From assembly GCA_964016885.1 (NCBI GenBank), contig OZ024764.1, positions 17,174,001-17,238,000 on the forward strand: a DNA stretch of 64,000 nt. The letters are read 5' to 3'. How positions within the stretch are numbered: position 1 is the first letter of the stretch; every line of letters begins with the position of its first letter. Below are positions 1-10,609 of the stretch, in pieces. The notes beneath the pieces are model-generated. The model searched no databases, was not told where the DNA came from, and saw only the letters and a list, made by a program, of their open reading frames with translations. The translations under genes and the position numbers were made by a program. This stretch comes from Eledone cirrhosa. Taxonomy: Eukaryota.

Positions 1-1204
1 AGTATCAGCAATGGAAAGACCAATGGAGACATTGTTTCCTTGGTCTGATCTGATGATCAACTCCTTTCTTCTGCCAGGAGTTGTGACTGACAGATAGTAT
101 CAGTAATGGAAAGACCAATGGACACATTGTTTCCGGGGTCTGATCTGATGATCAACTCCTTTCTTCTGCCAGGAGTTGTAACTGACAGATAGTATCAGTA
201 ATGGAAAGACCAATGGACACATTGTTTCCGGGGTCTGATCTGATGATCAACTCCTTTCTTCTGCCAGGAGTTGTAACTGACAGATAGTATCAGTAATGGA
301 AAGACCAATGGACACATTGTTTCCGGGGTCTGATCTGATGATCAACTCCTTTCTTCTGCCAGGAGTTGTAACTGACAGATAGTATCAGTAATGGAAAGAC
401 CAATGGAGACATTGTTTCCTGGGTCTGATCTGATGATCAGCCCCTTTCTTCTGCCAGGAGTTGTAACTGACAGATAGTATCAGTAATGGAAAGACCAATG
501 GACACATTGTTTCCTGGGTCTGATCTGATGATCAGCCCCTTTCTTCTGCCAGGAGTTGTGACTGACAGATAGTATCAGTAATGGAAAGACCAATGGACAC
601 ATTGTTTCCTGGGTCTGATCTGATGATCAGCCCCTTTCTTCTGCCAGGAGTTGTAACTGACAGATAGTATCAGTAATGGAAAGACCAATGGACACATTGT
701 TTCCTGGGTCTGATCTGATGATCAGCTCCTTTCTTCTGCCAGGAGTTGTAACTGACAGATAGTATCAGTAATGGAAAGACCAATGGAGACATTGTTTCCT
801 TGGTCTGATCTGATGATCAGCCCCTTTCTTCTGCCAGGAGTTGTAACTGACAGATAGTATCAGTAATGGAAAGACCAATGGAGACATTGTTTCCTGGGTC
901 TGATCTGATGATCAGCTCCTTTCTTCTGCCAGGAGTTGTAACTGACAGATAGTATCAGTAATGGAAAGACCAATGGACACATTGTTTCCTGGGTCTGATC
1001 TGATGATCAGCTCCTTTCTTCTGCCAGGAGTTGTGACTGACAGATAGTATCAGTAATGGAAAGACCAATGGAGACATTGTTTCCTTGGTCTGATCTGATG
1101 ATCAGCTCCTTTCTTCTGCCAGGAGTTGTGACTGACAGATAGTATCAGCAATGGAAAGACCAATGGAGACATTGTTTCCTGGGTCTGATCTGATGATCAA
1201 CTCC
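1..1204. repeat. 95-bp tandem repeat (about 12.7 copies, continues off the left edge)
   Basis: The unit agtatcagtaatggaaagaccaatgga...ttgtaactgacagat recurs with a 95-nt period (positions 1, 96, 191...). It probably lies in an intron of the SOUL gene. Confidence 0.95.
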
Positions 1205-1597
1205 AGGGCGTTTTTGTGGTTTTGATTTTTTGTTAAAGCTTGGTACTCATTTTATCACTCCCTTCTTTTGTATATCAAACTGCTAAGTTACAGAAATTTT
1301 ATACATACATACATATATATATATATCATCATCATCATCATTTTATGTCCGCTTTTCCCTGCTTGCAAGGGTGGGACGGGAACTGATTTTGACTTATGTA
1401 TATATATATATACATATTTATAATATATATATGAATGTATATTTATATACAGACATATATATATATCTATGTACATATCTCTACACATATATTCGGTCAA
1501 GTATGAAATTTGTAGAAAATAAAATAAATTTCTACAAATTTCATACTCGACGATCCAATATATATGTATATATTTATACAAATATATATATATATAT

Positions 1598-1635
<38 letters not shown>

Positions 1636-1965
1636 CTATCTATCTCTCTCTATATATAAATATATGTATAAATGTACATATATATATAAAGAGAGGGATA
1701 TATATAGATAGATATGTATATATATATATGTGTGTATATATATATATACATATCTCTCTCTCTCCCTCTATATATATATATATATATATATAGTATTAGT
1801 TATACTATTTATGGTTATGTAAATACAAAACCTTATGCAGTTATAAGTATTTTACACACACCCTAAATATATATATATATGTATAAATGTATATATATAT
1901 ATAAAGAGAGGGATATATATACATAGATATGTATATATATATATATATGTGTGTATATATATACA

Positions 1966-2052
<87 letters not shown>

Positions 2053-2053
2053 T

Positions 2054-2277
2054 ACTCAGCTGTAGAAATGAGATGATAGGGACTGGGGTCCATATCATTC
2101 CACTGCAAAGTGGTCGTGGAGGTGCCACGGCAAAAAAGCACCCAGCACTCACTGTAAATGAGGTTGGTGGTTAGGAAGGGCATCCAGCTGTAGAAATCAA
2201 GCCAGAATCAGTTCCCGTCCCACCCTTGCAAGCAGGGAAAAAGTGGACGTTAAATGAAATGATGATGATGATGATGA
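2054..2277 (+). mobile_element. 5'-truncated copy of the CORE-like SINE with RTE-derived tail
   Basis: Matches the 3' two-thirds of the full copy at 56051-56381 and ends in (TGA)n. Confidence 0.85.
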
Positions 2278-2347
2278 TACACACACACACACATACATAC
2301 ATACATACATATATAAATATATATATATTGCATGTTAATCATTTCAG

Positions 2348-2474
2348 GATTATGTTTTAAGAAAATACAAAGGTGGTGCTACTTGGATTCGAACCACGTA
2401 CAACAGAAAAATTTTTGCTAACTACATACTCTTCATGAGGCTTTTCTACTACATAAATGGAGCTAATGTTGATG
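2348..2474 (+). CDS. SOUL/heme-binding protein family, internal coding exon (earlier exons lie outside the window)
   Basis: tttcag acceptor at 2346-47 and gtatta donor at 2475. Translates DYVLRKYKGGATWIRTTYNRKIFANYILFMRLFYYINGANVD, matching the SOUL motifs 'YE.R.Y..W' and 'F.RLF.YI.G.N'. Exits in phase 1, matching the next exon. Confidence 0.88.
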
Positions 2475-2536
2475 GTATTATTCTATGTGTCTTTATTTGA
2501 TTTTATTTCAATTTTACTATACTAGAATTTTTTTCA

Positions 2537-3452
2537 ACCACTGTAAAGTGGTCATGTAGGTGTCATGACAAAAAGCACCCAGTCCACACTGTAAAGTGGT
2601 CATGTCGGTCTCATGACAAAAAGCACCCAGTCCACACTGTAAAGTGGTCATGTAGGTGTCATGACAAAAAGCACCCAGTCCACACTGTAAAGTGGTCATG
2701 TCGGTGTCATGACAAAAAGCACCCAGTCCACACTGTAAAGTGCTCATGTAGGTGTCATGACAAAAAGCACCCAGTCCACACTGTAAAGTGCTCATGTAGG
2801 TGTCATGACAAAAAGCACCCAGTCCACACTGTAAAGTGCTCATGTCGGTGTCATGACAAAAAGCACCCAGTCCACACTGTAAAATGGTCATGTTGCTGTC
2901 ACAAAAAAAAATACCCAGTCCACACTGTAAAGTGGTCATGTAGGTGTCATGACAAAAAGTACCCAGTCCACACTGTAAAATGGTCATGTAGCTGTCACAA
3001 CAAAAAACGCCCAGTCCACACTGTAAAGTAGCCATGTAGGTGTCATGACAAAAAACACCCAGTCCACACTGTAAAGTGGTCATGTAGGTGTCATGACAAA
3101 AAACGCCTAGTCCACACTGTAAAGTGGTCATCTAGGTGTCATGACAAACAAAACCCAGTCCACACTGTAAAGTAGTCATGTAGGTGTCACAACAAAAACC
3201 ACCCAGTCCACACTGTAAATTAGTCATGTAGGTCTCATGACAAAAACACACAGTTCACACTGTAAAGTGGTCATGTAGGTGTCATGACAAACAACACCCA
3301 GCCCACACTGTAAAGTAGTCATGTAGGTGTCACAACAAAAAACACCCAGTCCACACTGTAAAGTGGTCATGTAGGTCTCATGACAAAAAGCACCCAGTCC
3401 ACACTGTAATGTGGTCATGTAGGTGTCATGACAAAAAGCATCCAGTCCTCAC
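2537..3452. repeat. 48-bp minisatellite (about 19 copies) related to SINE body sequence
   Basis: Unit ccagtccacactgtaaagtggtcatgtaggtgtcatgacaaaaagcac. Single related copies sit at about 26080-26170 and inside the SINE (aaaaagcacccagcactcactgtaaa). Confidence 0.9.
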
Positions 3453-3479
3453 TGACATTACCATGAAAATATAATAATG

Positions 3480-4735
3480 TTCAAATTGGCTGTAACTGGC
3501 CTCTCATACTGATGTTATGGTATTGTTCTCAAAATAAATATCAAAATCTCAAAGGCTTGATATTATGTGAGGTAAAGCCTTTACTGTGACAATACAATAG
3601 TATATATAGAGTAATGTGAATGTTATGTGAGATATTATGTGAAGTAAAGCCTTTACTGTGAAAATACAATAGTATATATAGAGTAATGTAAATGTTATGT
3701 GAGATATTATGTGAGGTAAAGCCTTTACTGTGACAATACAATAGTATATATAGAGTAATGTAAATGTTATGTGAGATATTATGTGAGGTAAAGCCTTTAC
3801 TGTGACAATACAATAGTATATATAGAGTAATGTAAATGTTATGTGAGATATTATGTGTGGTAAAGCCTTTACTGTGAAAATACAATAGTATATATAGAGT
3901 AATGTAAATGTTATGTGAGATATTATGTGAGGTAAAGCCTTTACTGTGACAATACAATAGTATATATAGAGTAATGTAAATGTTATGTGAGATATTATGT
4001 GTGGTAAAGCCTTTACTGTGAAAATACAATAGTATATATAGAGTAATGTAAATGTTATGTGAGGTAAAGCCTTTACTGTGACAATACAATAGTATATATA
4101 GAGTAATGTAAATGTTATGTGAGATATTATGTGAGGTAAAGCCTTTACTGTGACAATACAATAGTATATATAGAGTAATGTAAATGTTATGTGAGATATT
4201 ATGTGTGGTAAAGCCTTTACTGTGAAAATACAATAGTATATATAGAGTAATGTAAATGTTATGTGAGGTAAAGCCTTTACTGTGACAATACAATAGTATA
4301 TATAGAGTAATGTAAATGTTATGTGAGATATTATGTGAGGTAAAGCCTTTACTGTGACAATACAATAGTATATATAGAGTAATGTAAATGTTATGTGAGA
4401 TATTATGTGTGGTAAAGCCTTTACTGTGAAAATACAATAGTATATATAGAGTAATGTAAATGTTATGTGAGATATTATGTGTGGTAAAGCCTTTACTGTG
4501 ACAATACAATAGTATATATAGAGTAATGTAAATGTTATGTGAGGTAAAGCCTTTACTGTGACAATACAATAGTATATATAGAGTAATGTAAATGTTATGT
4601 GAGATATTATGTGAGGTAAAGCCTTTACTGTGACAATACAATAGTATATATAGAGTAATGTAAATGTTATGTGAGGTATTATGTGAGGTAAAGCCTTTAC
4701 TGTGAAAATACAATAGTATATATAGAGTAATGTAG
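3480..4735 (-). mobile_element. truncated MITE copy with 72/60-bp internal minisatellite (about 17 units)
   Basis: Same unit (gtgaggtaaagcctttactgtgacaatacaatagtatatatagagtaatgtaaatgttat) and same unique flank (gctgtaactggcc..tcatactgat..tattgttctcaaaataaa) as 15455-16117 and 27935-28629. Confidence 0.85.
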
Positions 4736-4822
4736 ATGGTTAAGGTGGTATTTCTTCTCTGAAGACCTTCTGGTGCCCAGCTTTCCTGGGAGTTTCTGAC
4801 CACCTAAATTACTTCTTTCCAG

Positions 4823-4973
4823 ATAAAAAGTTTGACATGACCGTTCCAGTTGTTATGAATACCAAGGGTACAGACAAGACAATGTGGTTTTACCTGGGTA
4901 CAGGTGAGTACCCGAAGGCAAACAATGATGTAGTGGAGGTCGTTACAGTAAAGGAATTTGAAGTCTACGTCTG
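4823..4973 (+). CDS. SOUL/heme-binding protein family, internal coding exon
   Basis: ttccag acceptor at 4821-22 and gtgtgt donor at 4974. Translates (D)KKFDMTVPVVMNTKGTDKTMWFYLGTGEYPKANNDVVEVVTVKEFEVYV(W), matching the SOUL 'KI.MT.PV..M.F.LP..P.P....V....VYV' pattern. Phases 1 in and 2 out fit both neighbours. Confidence 0.88.
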
Positions 4974-5129
4974 GTGTGTATATAATTTCATTTATTTTAG
5001 ATCCTTTTTCTTCTTCTTCGCCCACTTATTCCTGAGAGGGTTGTGGTGACAGGGTCCTCAAACACTCCCCCCTGCAAGATCCTGTCAGAAACAACTGTCT
5101 CCAACTGGATCTCATCTGGCTGGACCCCC

Positions 5130-8040
5130 AAGCATGACCAGTCAAGCTCATGGATGTTATTCAACCATCTTGTTCAGGGTTTATCCCTAGGTCTCCTGTC
5201 AGTTGGTTTTACATGTTAAATCTCTCCAGACATTCTAACCACATGTCTGTAGTATCAGAGCTGTGATCTCTCAATTCAGAGATTCTTTCCTCAGACATTC
5301 TAACCACATGTCTGTAGTATCAGAGCTGTGATCTCTCAATTCAGAGATTCTTTCCTGAGACATTCTAACCACATGTCTGTAGTATCAGAGCTGTGATCTC
5401 TCAATTCAGAGATTCTTTCCTCAGACATTCTAACCACATGTCTGTAGTATCAGAGCTGTGATCTCTCAATCCAGAGATTCTTTCCTCAGACATTCTAACC
5501 ACATGTCTGTAGTATCAGAGCTGTGATCTCTCAATCCAGAGATTCTTTCCTCAGACATTCTAACCACATGTCTGTAGTAACAGAGCTGTGATCTCTCAAT
5601 TCAGAGATTCTTTCCTCAGACATTCTAACCACATGTCTGTAGTATCAGAGCTGTGATCTCTCAATCCAGAGATTCTTTCCTCAGACATTCTAACCACATG
5701 TCTGTAGTAACAGAGCTGTGATCTCTCAATTCAGAGATTCTTTCCTCAGACATTCTAACCACATGTCTGTAGTATCAGAGCTGTGATCTCTCAATCCAGA
5801 GATTCTTTCCTCAGACATTCTAACCACATGTCTGTAGTATCAGAGCTGTGATCTCTCAATCCAGAGATTCTTTCCTCAGACATTCTAACCACATGTCTGT
5901 AGTATCAGAGCTGTGATCTCTCAATCCAGAGATTCTTTCCTCAGACATTCTAACCACATGTCTGTAGTATCAGAGCTGTGATCTCTCAATCCAGAGATTC
6001 TTTCCTCAGACATTCTAACCACATGTCTGTAGTATCAGAGCTGTGATCTCTCAATCCAGAGATTCTTTCCTCAGACATTCTAACCACATGTCTGTAGTAT
6101 CAGAGCTGTGATCTCTCAATCCAGAGATTCTTTCCTCAGACATTCTAACCACATGTCTGTAGTATCAGAGCTGTGATCTCTCAATCCAGAGATTCTTTCC
6201 TCAGACATTCTAACCACATGTCTGTAGTATCAGAGCTGTGATCTCTCAACCCAGAGATTCTTTCCTCAGACATTCTAACCACATGTCTGTAGTATCAGAG
6301 CTGTGATCTCTCAATCCAGAGATTCTTTCCTCAGACATTCTAACCACATGTCTGTAGTATCAGAGCTGTGATCTCTCAATCCAGAGATTCTTTCCTCAGA
6401 CATTCTAACCACATGTCTGTAGTATCAGAGCTGTGATCTCTCAATCCAGAGATTCTTTCCTCAGACATTCTAACCACATGTCTGTAGTATCAGAGCTGTG
6501 ATCTCTCAATCCAGAGATTCTTTCCTCAGACATTCTAACCACATGTCTGTAGTATCAGAGCTGTGGTCTCTCAATCCAGAGATTCTTTCCTCAGACATTC
6601 TAACCACATGTCTGTAGTATCAGAGCTGTGATCTCTCAATTCAGAGATTCTTTCCTCAGACATTCTAACCACATGTCTGTAGTATCAGAGCTGTGATCTC
6701 TCAATTCAGAGATTCTTTCCCGAGACATTCTAACCACATGTCTGTAGTATCAGAGCTGTGATCTCTCAATCCAGAGATTCTTTCCTCAGACATTCTAACC
6801 ACATGTCTGTAGTATCAGAGCTGTGATCTCTCAATCCAGAGATTCTTTCCTCAGACATTCTAACCACATGTCTGTAGTATCAGAGCTGTGATCTCTCAAT
6901 CCAGAGATTCTTTCCTCAGACATTCTAACCACATGTCTGTAGTATCAGAGCTGTGATCTCTCAATTCAGAGATTCTTTCCTCAGACATTCTAACCACATG
7001 TCTGTAGTATCAGAGCTGTGATCTCTCAATCCAGAGATTCTTTCCTCAGACATTCTAACCACATGTCTGTAGTATCAGAGCTGTGGTCTCTCAATCCAGA
7101 GATTCTTTCCTCAGACATTCTAACCACATGTCTGTAGTATCAGAGCTGTGATCTCTCAATTCAGAGATTCTTTCCTCAGACATTCTAACCACATGTCTGT
7201 AGTATCAGAGCTGTGATCTCTCAATCCAGAGATTCTTTCCTCAGACATTCTAACCACATGTCTGTAGTATCAGAGCTGTGATCTCTCAATCCAGAGATTC
7301 TTTCCTCAGACATTCTAACCACATGTCTGTAGTAACAGAGCTGTGATCTCTCAATTCAGAGATTCTTTCCTCAGACATTCTAACCACATGTCTGTAGTAT
7401 CAGAGCTGTGATCTCTCAATCCAGAGATTCTTTCCTCAGACATTCTAACCACATGTCTGTAGTATCAGAGCTGTGATCTCTCAATCCAGAGATTCTTTCC
7501 TCAGACATTCTAACCACATGTCTGTAGTATCAGAGCTGTGATCTCTCAATCCAGAGATTCTTTCCTCAGACATTCTAACCACATGTCTGTAGTATCAGAG
7601 CTGTGATCTCTCAATCCAGAGATTCTTTCCTCAGACATTCTAACCACATGTCTGTAGTATCAGAGCTGTGATCTCTCAATTCAGAGATTCTTTCCTCAGA
7701 CATTCTAACCACATGTCTGTAGTATCAGAGCTGTGATCTCTCAATCCAGAGATTCTTTCCTCAGACATTCTAACCACATGTCTGTAGTATCAGAGCTGTG
7801 ATCTCTCAATCCAGAGATTCTTTCCTCAGACATTCTAACCACATGTCTGTAGTATCAGAGCTGTGATCTCTCAATCCAGAGATTCTTTCCTCAGACATTC
7901 TAACCACATGTCTGTAGTATCAGAGCTGTGATCTCTCAATTCAGAGATTCTTTCCTCAGACATTCTAACCACATGTCTGTAGTATCAGAGCTGTGATCTC
8001 TCAATCCAGAGATTCTTTCCTGAGACATTCTAACCACATT
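5130..8040 (-). repeat. 65-bp satellite (about 43 copies, 5228-8040) amplified from an RTE LINE 3' segment, with degraded RTE flank at 5130-5228
   Basis: The unit cattctaaccacatgtctgtagtatcagagctgtgatctctcaatccagagattctttcctcaga has a 65-nt period (5231, 5296, 5361). The minus strand reads IERSQL*YYRHVVRMSEERIS. Confidence 0.92.
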
Positions 8041-8044
8041 AACC

Positions 8045-8390
8045 AAGGTTAAATTTGCCTTCCATCCTTACGCGGTCGATAAAATAAAGTACCAGTCACG
8101 CACTGGGGTCGATTTAATAAACTTTCCCCTCCCCTAAAATTACTGGCCTTGTGACTATATAAGAAACCATAGGCAGTATCGGTAGAGGGTCGGACGCCAT
8201 GCTTTGCAGCATAGAGTTACGCCCCTTTATGATCTGAGCTAAAATCCTGCCGAAGTTAACTTTGTCTTTCATCCTTATGGGGTCGATAAAATAAAGTACC
8301 AGTCATGCACTGGGGTCGATTTAATTGACTTTCCTCTCCCCCAAAAAACTGCTAGCCTTGTTCCCGTAGTGGAAACCTTTATTATTAATG
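8045..8390 (+). mobile_element. two tandem copies (first partial) of a second SINE family with a Meta-domain-like core
   Basis: The core gttaactttgcctttcatccttacggggtcgataaaataaagtaccag is shared with 13840-13930, 17618-17790, 29925-30020 and 56639-56830. Confidence 0.75.
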
Positions 8391-8411
8391 TTTTTAAAAA
8401 AATATTTTCAG

Positions 8412-8592
8412 GGGCTACGACGAAATTTTTCCAAATTGGGCAGCGAACGAGATAAAGTTGAGGGACTCTTTGAATAAAGATGGGGCCAGTTATGACCAGA
8501 GTTCTTCCTATAGGGTTGGATACAGCCGTCCTATGGACATAATCCATAAACATAAGGAAATCTGGTATTTGAAGACAAACTCCCAGTTTTAA
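8412..8592 (+). CDS. SOUL/heme-binding protein family, terminal coding exon
   Basis: ttttcag acceptor at 8410-11. Translates (W)GYDEIFPNWAANEIKLRDSLNKDGASYDQSSSYRVGYSRPMDIIHKHKEIWYLKTNSQF*, with TAA at 8590-92. This matches the SOUL C-terminal 'L..AL....Y..AGY..P....R.NEVW' motif. Confidence 0.88.
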
Positions 8593-8667
8593 TGAGTTCC
8601 CTTCTTCCTCCTGACAAGGGCCAAACCACTGCTGCTGCTACTACTGCTGCAATAACATCAAGTGAAG

Positions 8668-8721
<54 letters not shown>

Positions 8722-8867
8722 GTGTGTGACTGTGAGTGTGTATCTTTATAATATATGTATAATATATATATATACATATATATATACATACACACACACA
8801 CACATATATATATATACATCATATATATATATATACACACACACACATATATATATATATATACATC

Positions 8868-8916
<49 letters not shown>

Positions 8917-8950
8917 CACACACACACATATATACATATATATATACATC

Positions 8951-8987
<37 letters not shown>

Positions 8988-9289
8988 TGTATATATATAT
9001 ATATACATCATATATATATATATATACACACAGACACACACATATATATATATATACATATATAATCGAAGAAATTGAAGAAGAAGACCGTTAAAATATA
9101 TTATATATATATGTATATGTATATATAGATATATATATATATATACATACATATATATATAGATATTTTATAGAAATTACTTATTAAATTTTTATGTATT
9201 TTTCTATGAATAAAAATCTAAAATATATCAATTCTTTGTTATTTTAATATTCTTATTAATATTATTAAATCTTTAGTAATACGTATAAT

Positions 9290-9760
9290 AATAATGATAA
9301 TAATGAAATTATTGTGTAAAGTGCTCAGGTGCACTACAACTCATCAAAGGTGTATGTATAGTACATAGAATAATACACAAATGTCATGGAAGTACATGTG
9401 TGTATGTGTTAGCTGTAGTGTTGGCGGATCTCGGGAAGCATGGAGGCCTTAAAGGATGCAGTGTCTCGACAGCTAACAACTGATGCAGGTAGTTTGTTCC
9501 ATGCTTCAGCAACTCTGAGCGTGAAAAAATGTTTCCGAAAGTCATAGGAACTGTGTTGTTTTCTTACTTTGTGGGCATGTCCACGTGTGTTAGACACATG
9601 GAGATCAAAAAGGTGCTCAGGGTTGTTGTTGGCAACATGGTTAACAATTTTGTGGGTGTCTACCAAGTCAGTTGCCAGGCGTCGGAGCTTCAATGTATCC
9701 ATACCCAGGGAAGCAAGGTGTTCAGAGTATGGTAGATGCCTGATGGAGGGTATTCGCTAT
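9290..9760 (-). mobile_element. CR1-clade LINE 3' fragment (ORF2 C-terminus plus 3' UTR)
   Basis: ORF 9409-9702 contains LRRLATDLVDTHKIV..NTRGH..RKHFFTLRVAEAWNKLP, typical of the CR1 ORF2 end. The 3' UTR ends in (ATT)n. Shorter UTR copies occur at about 13710-14000, 15290-15400, 37320-37430 and 38000-38080. Confidence 0.88.
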
Positions 9761-9943
9761 GTATATGTGTAGGGCAGAGTTGTTAGACTGTCAGATAGAA
9801 TGCCTTGTGGTATTTGTTCTGGCTTCTCTGCCAGGTCAACTTTGCCTTTCATCCTTTAGAGGTTTATTAAATAAAGTACCAGTCAACTACTGGGGTCGAT
9901 TTTTTCTCTATATCTCTCTCTCACTTCCTCTCTCTCTATCTCT

Positions 9944-9974
<31 letters not shown>

Positions 9975-9980
9975 CTTTTT

Positions 9981-10038
<58 letters not shown>

Positions 10039-10197
10039 TGTAGTAATTCCATCGGAAAGGTCCAGGAAAAAAGAGTGCTCTATGTAGGTTACAGAGCTTA
10101 ATAGTTATGTAATAAACAACATAAGGCAATTATTTCATTTACCAGTGGTTTCTTAAAAGCAAACAAATTTTGCTTTCAATCATCAGAATGAGGATTT

Positions 10198-10258
10198 TTT
10201 CATTCTGATGATTGAAAGCAAAATTTGTTTGCTTTTAAGAAACCACTGGTAAATGAAA
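10198..10258 (+). ncRNA. type I hammerhead ribozyme motif (Penelope-like/retrozyme associated); mirror copy on the minus strand at 10137-10190
   Basis: Stem I tttcatt/aatgaaa; core CTGATGA at 10205-11; 11-bp stem II ttgaaagcaaa/tttgcttttaa; GAAA at 10239-42; stem III ACC-act-GGT; GUA cleavage triplet ending at 10251. Confidence 0.8.
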
Positions 10259-10609
10259 TAATTGCCTTATGTTGTTTATTACATATATATATATTACAAT
10301 TGAATATAAAAGAAAAACGAACACAGATATATACATATATGTGTTCAAATCGTAAGGGACCAGATTTGCTAAGGTGAAAAAAATACTAACTATGGTCATA
10401 TATATATCTATATATCTGTGTTCGTTTTTCTTTTATATTCAATTATAATATAAGGCTCGGAAAAATCTCTTTCCTAGAGTTATTTTATTGAAAGAGACTA
10501 TTTTGAGTTTCTAACTCAATATATACCTTTGATATATATATATTTGCAAGCAGGGAAAAGCGGACGTAAAATGAAATGATGATGATGATGATGATGATAT
10601 ATATATATC

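Noticed and set aside
1-1204. 95-bp array as a CRISPR array or C/D snoRNA cluster (contains TGATGA and CTGA)
   Set aside because: There are no unique spacers or cas genes and the context is eukaryotic. The boxes lack terminal stems or recognisable guides.
3541-4803. 420-aa ORF
   Set aside because: It is the translation of the 72-bp MITE minisatellite, antisense within a SOUL intron.
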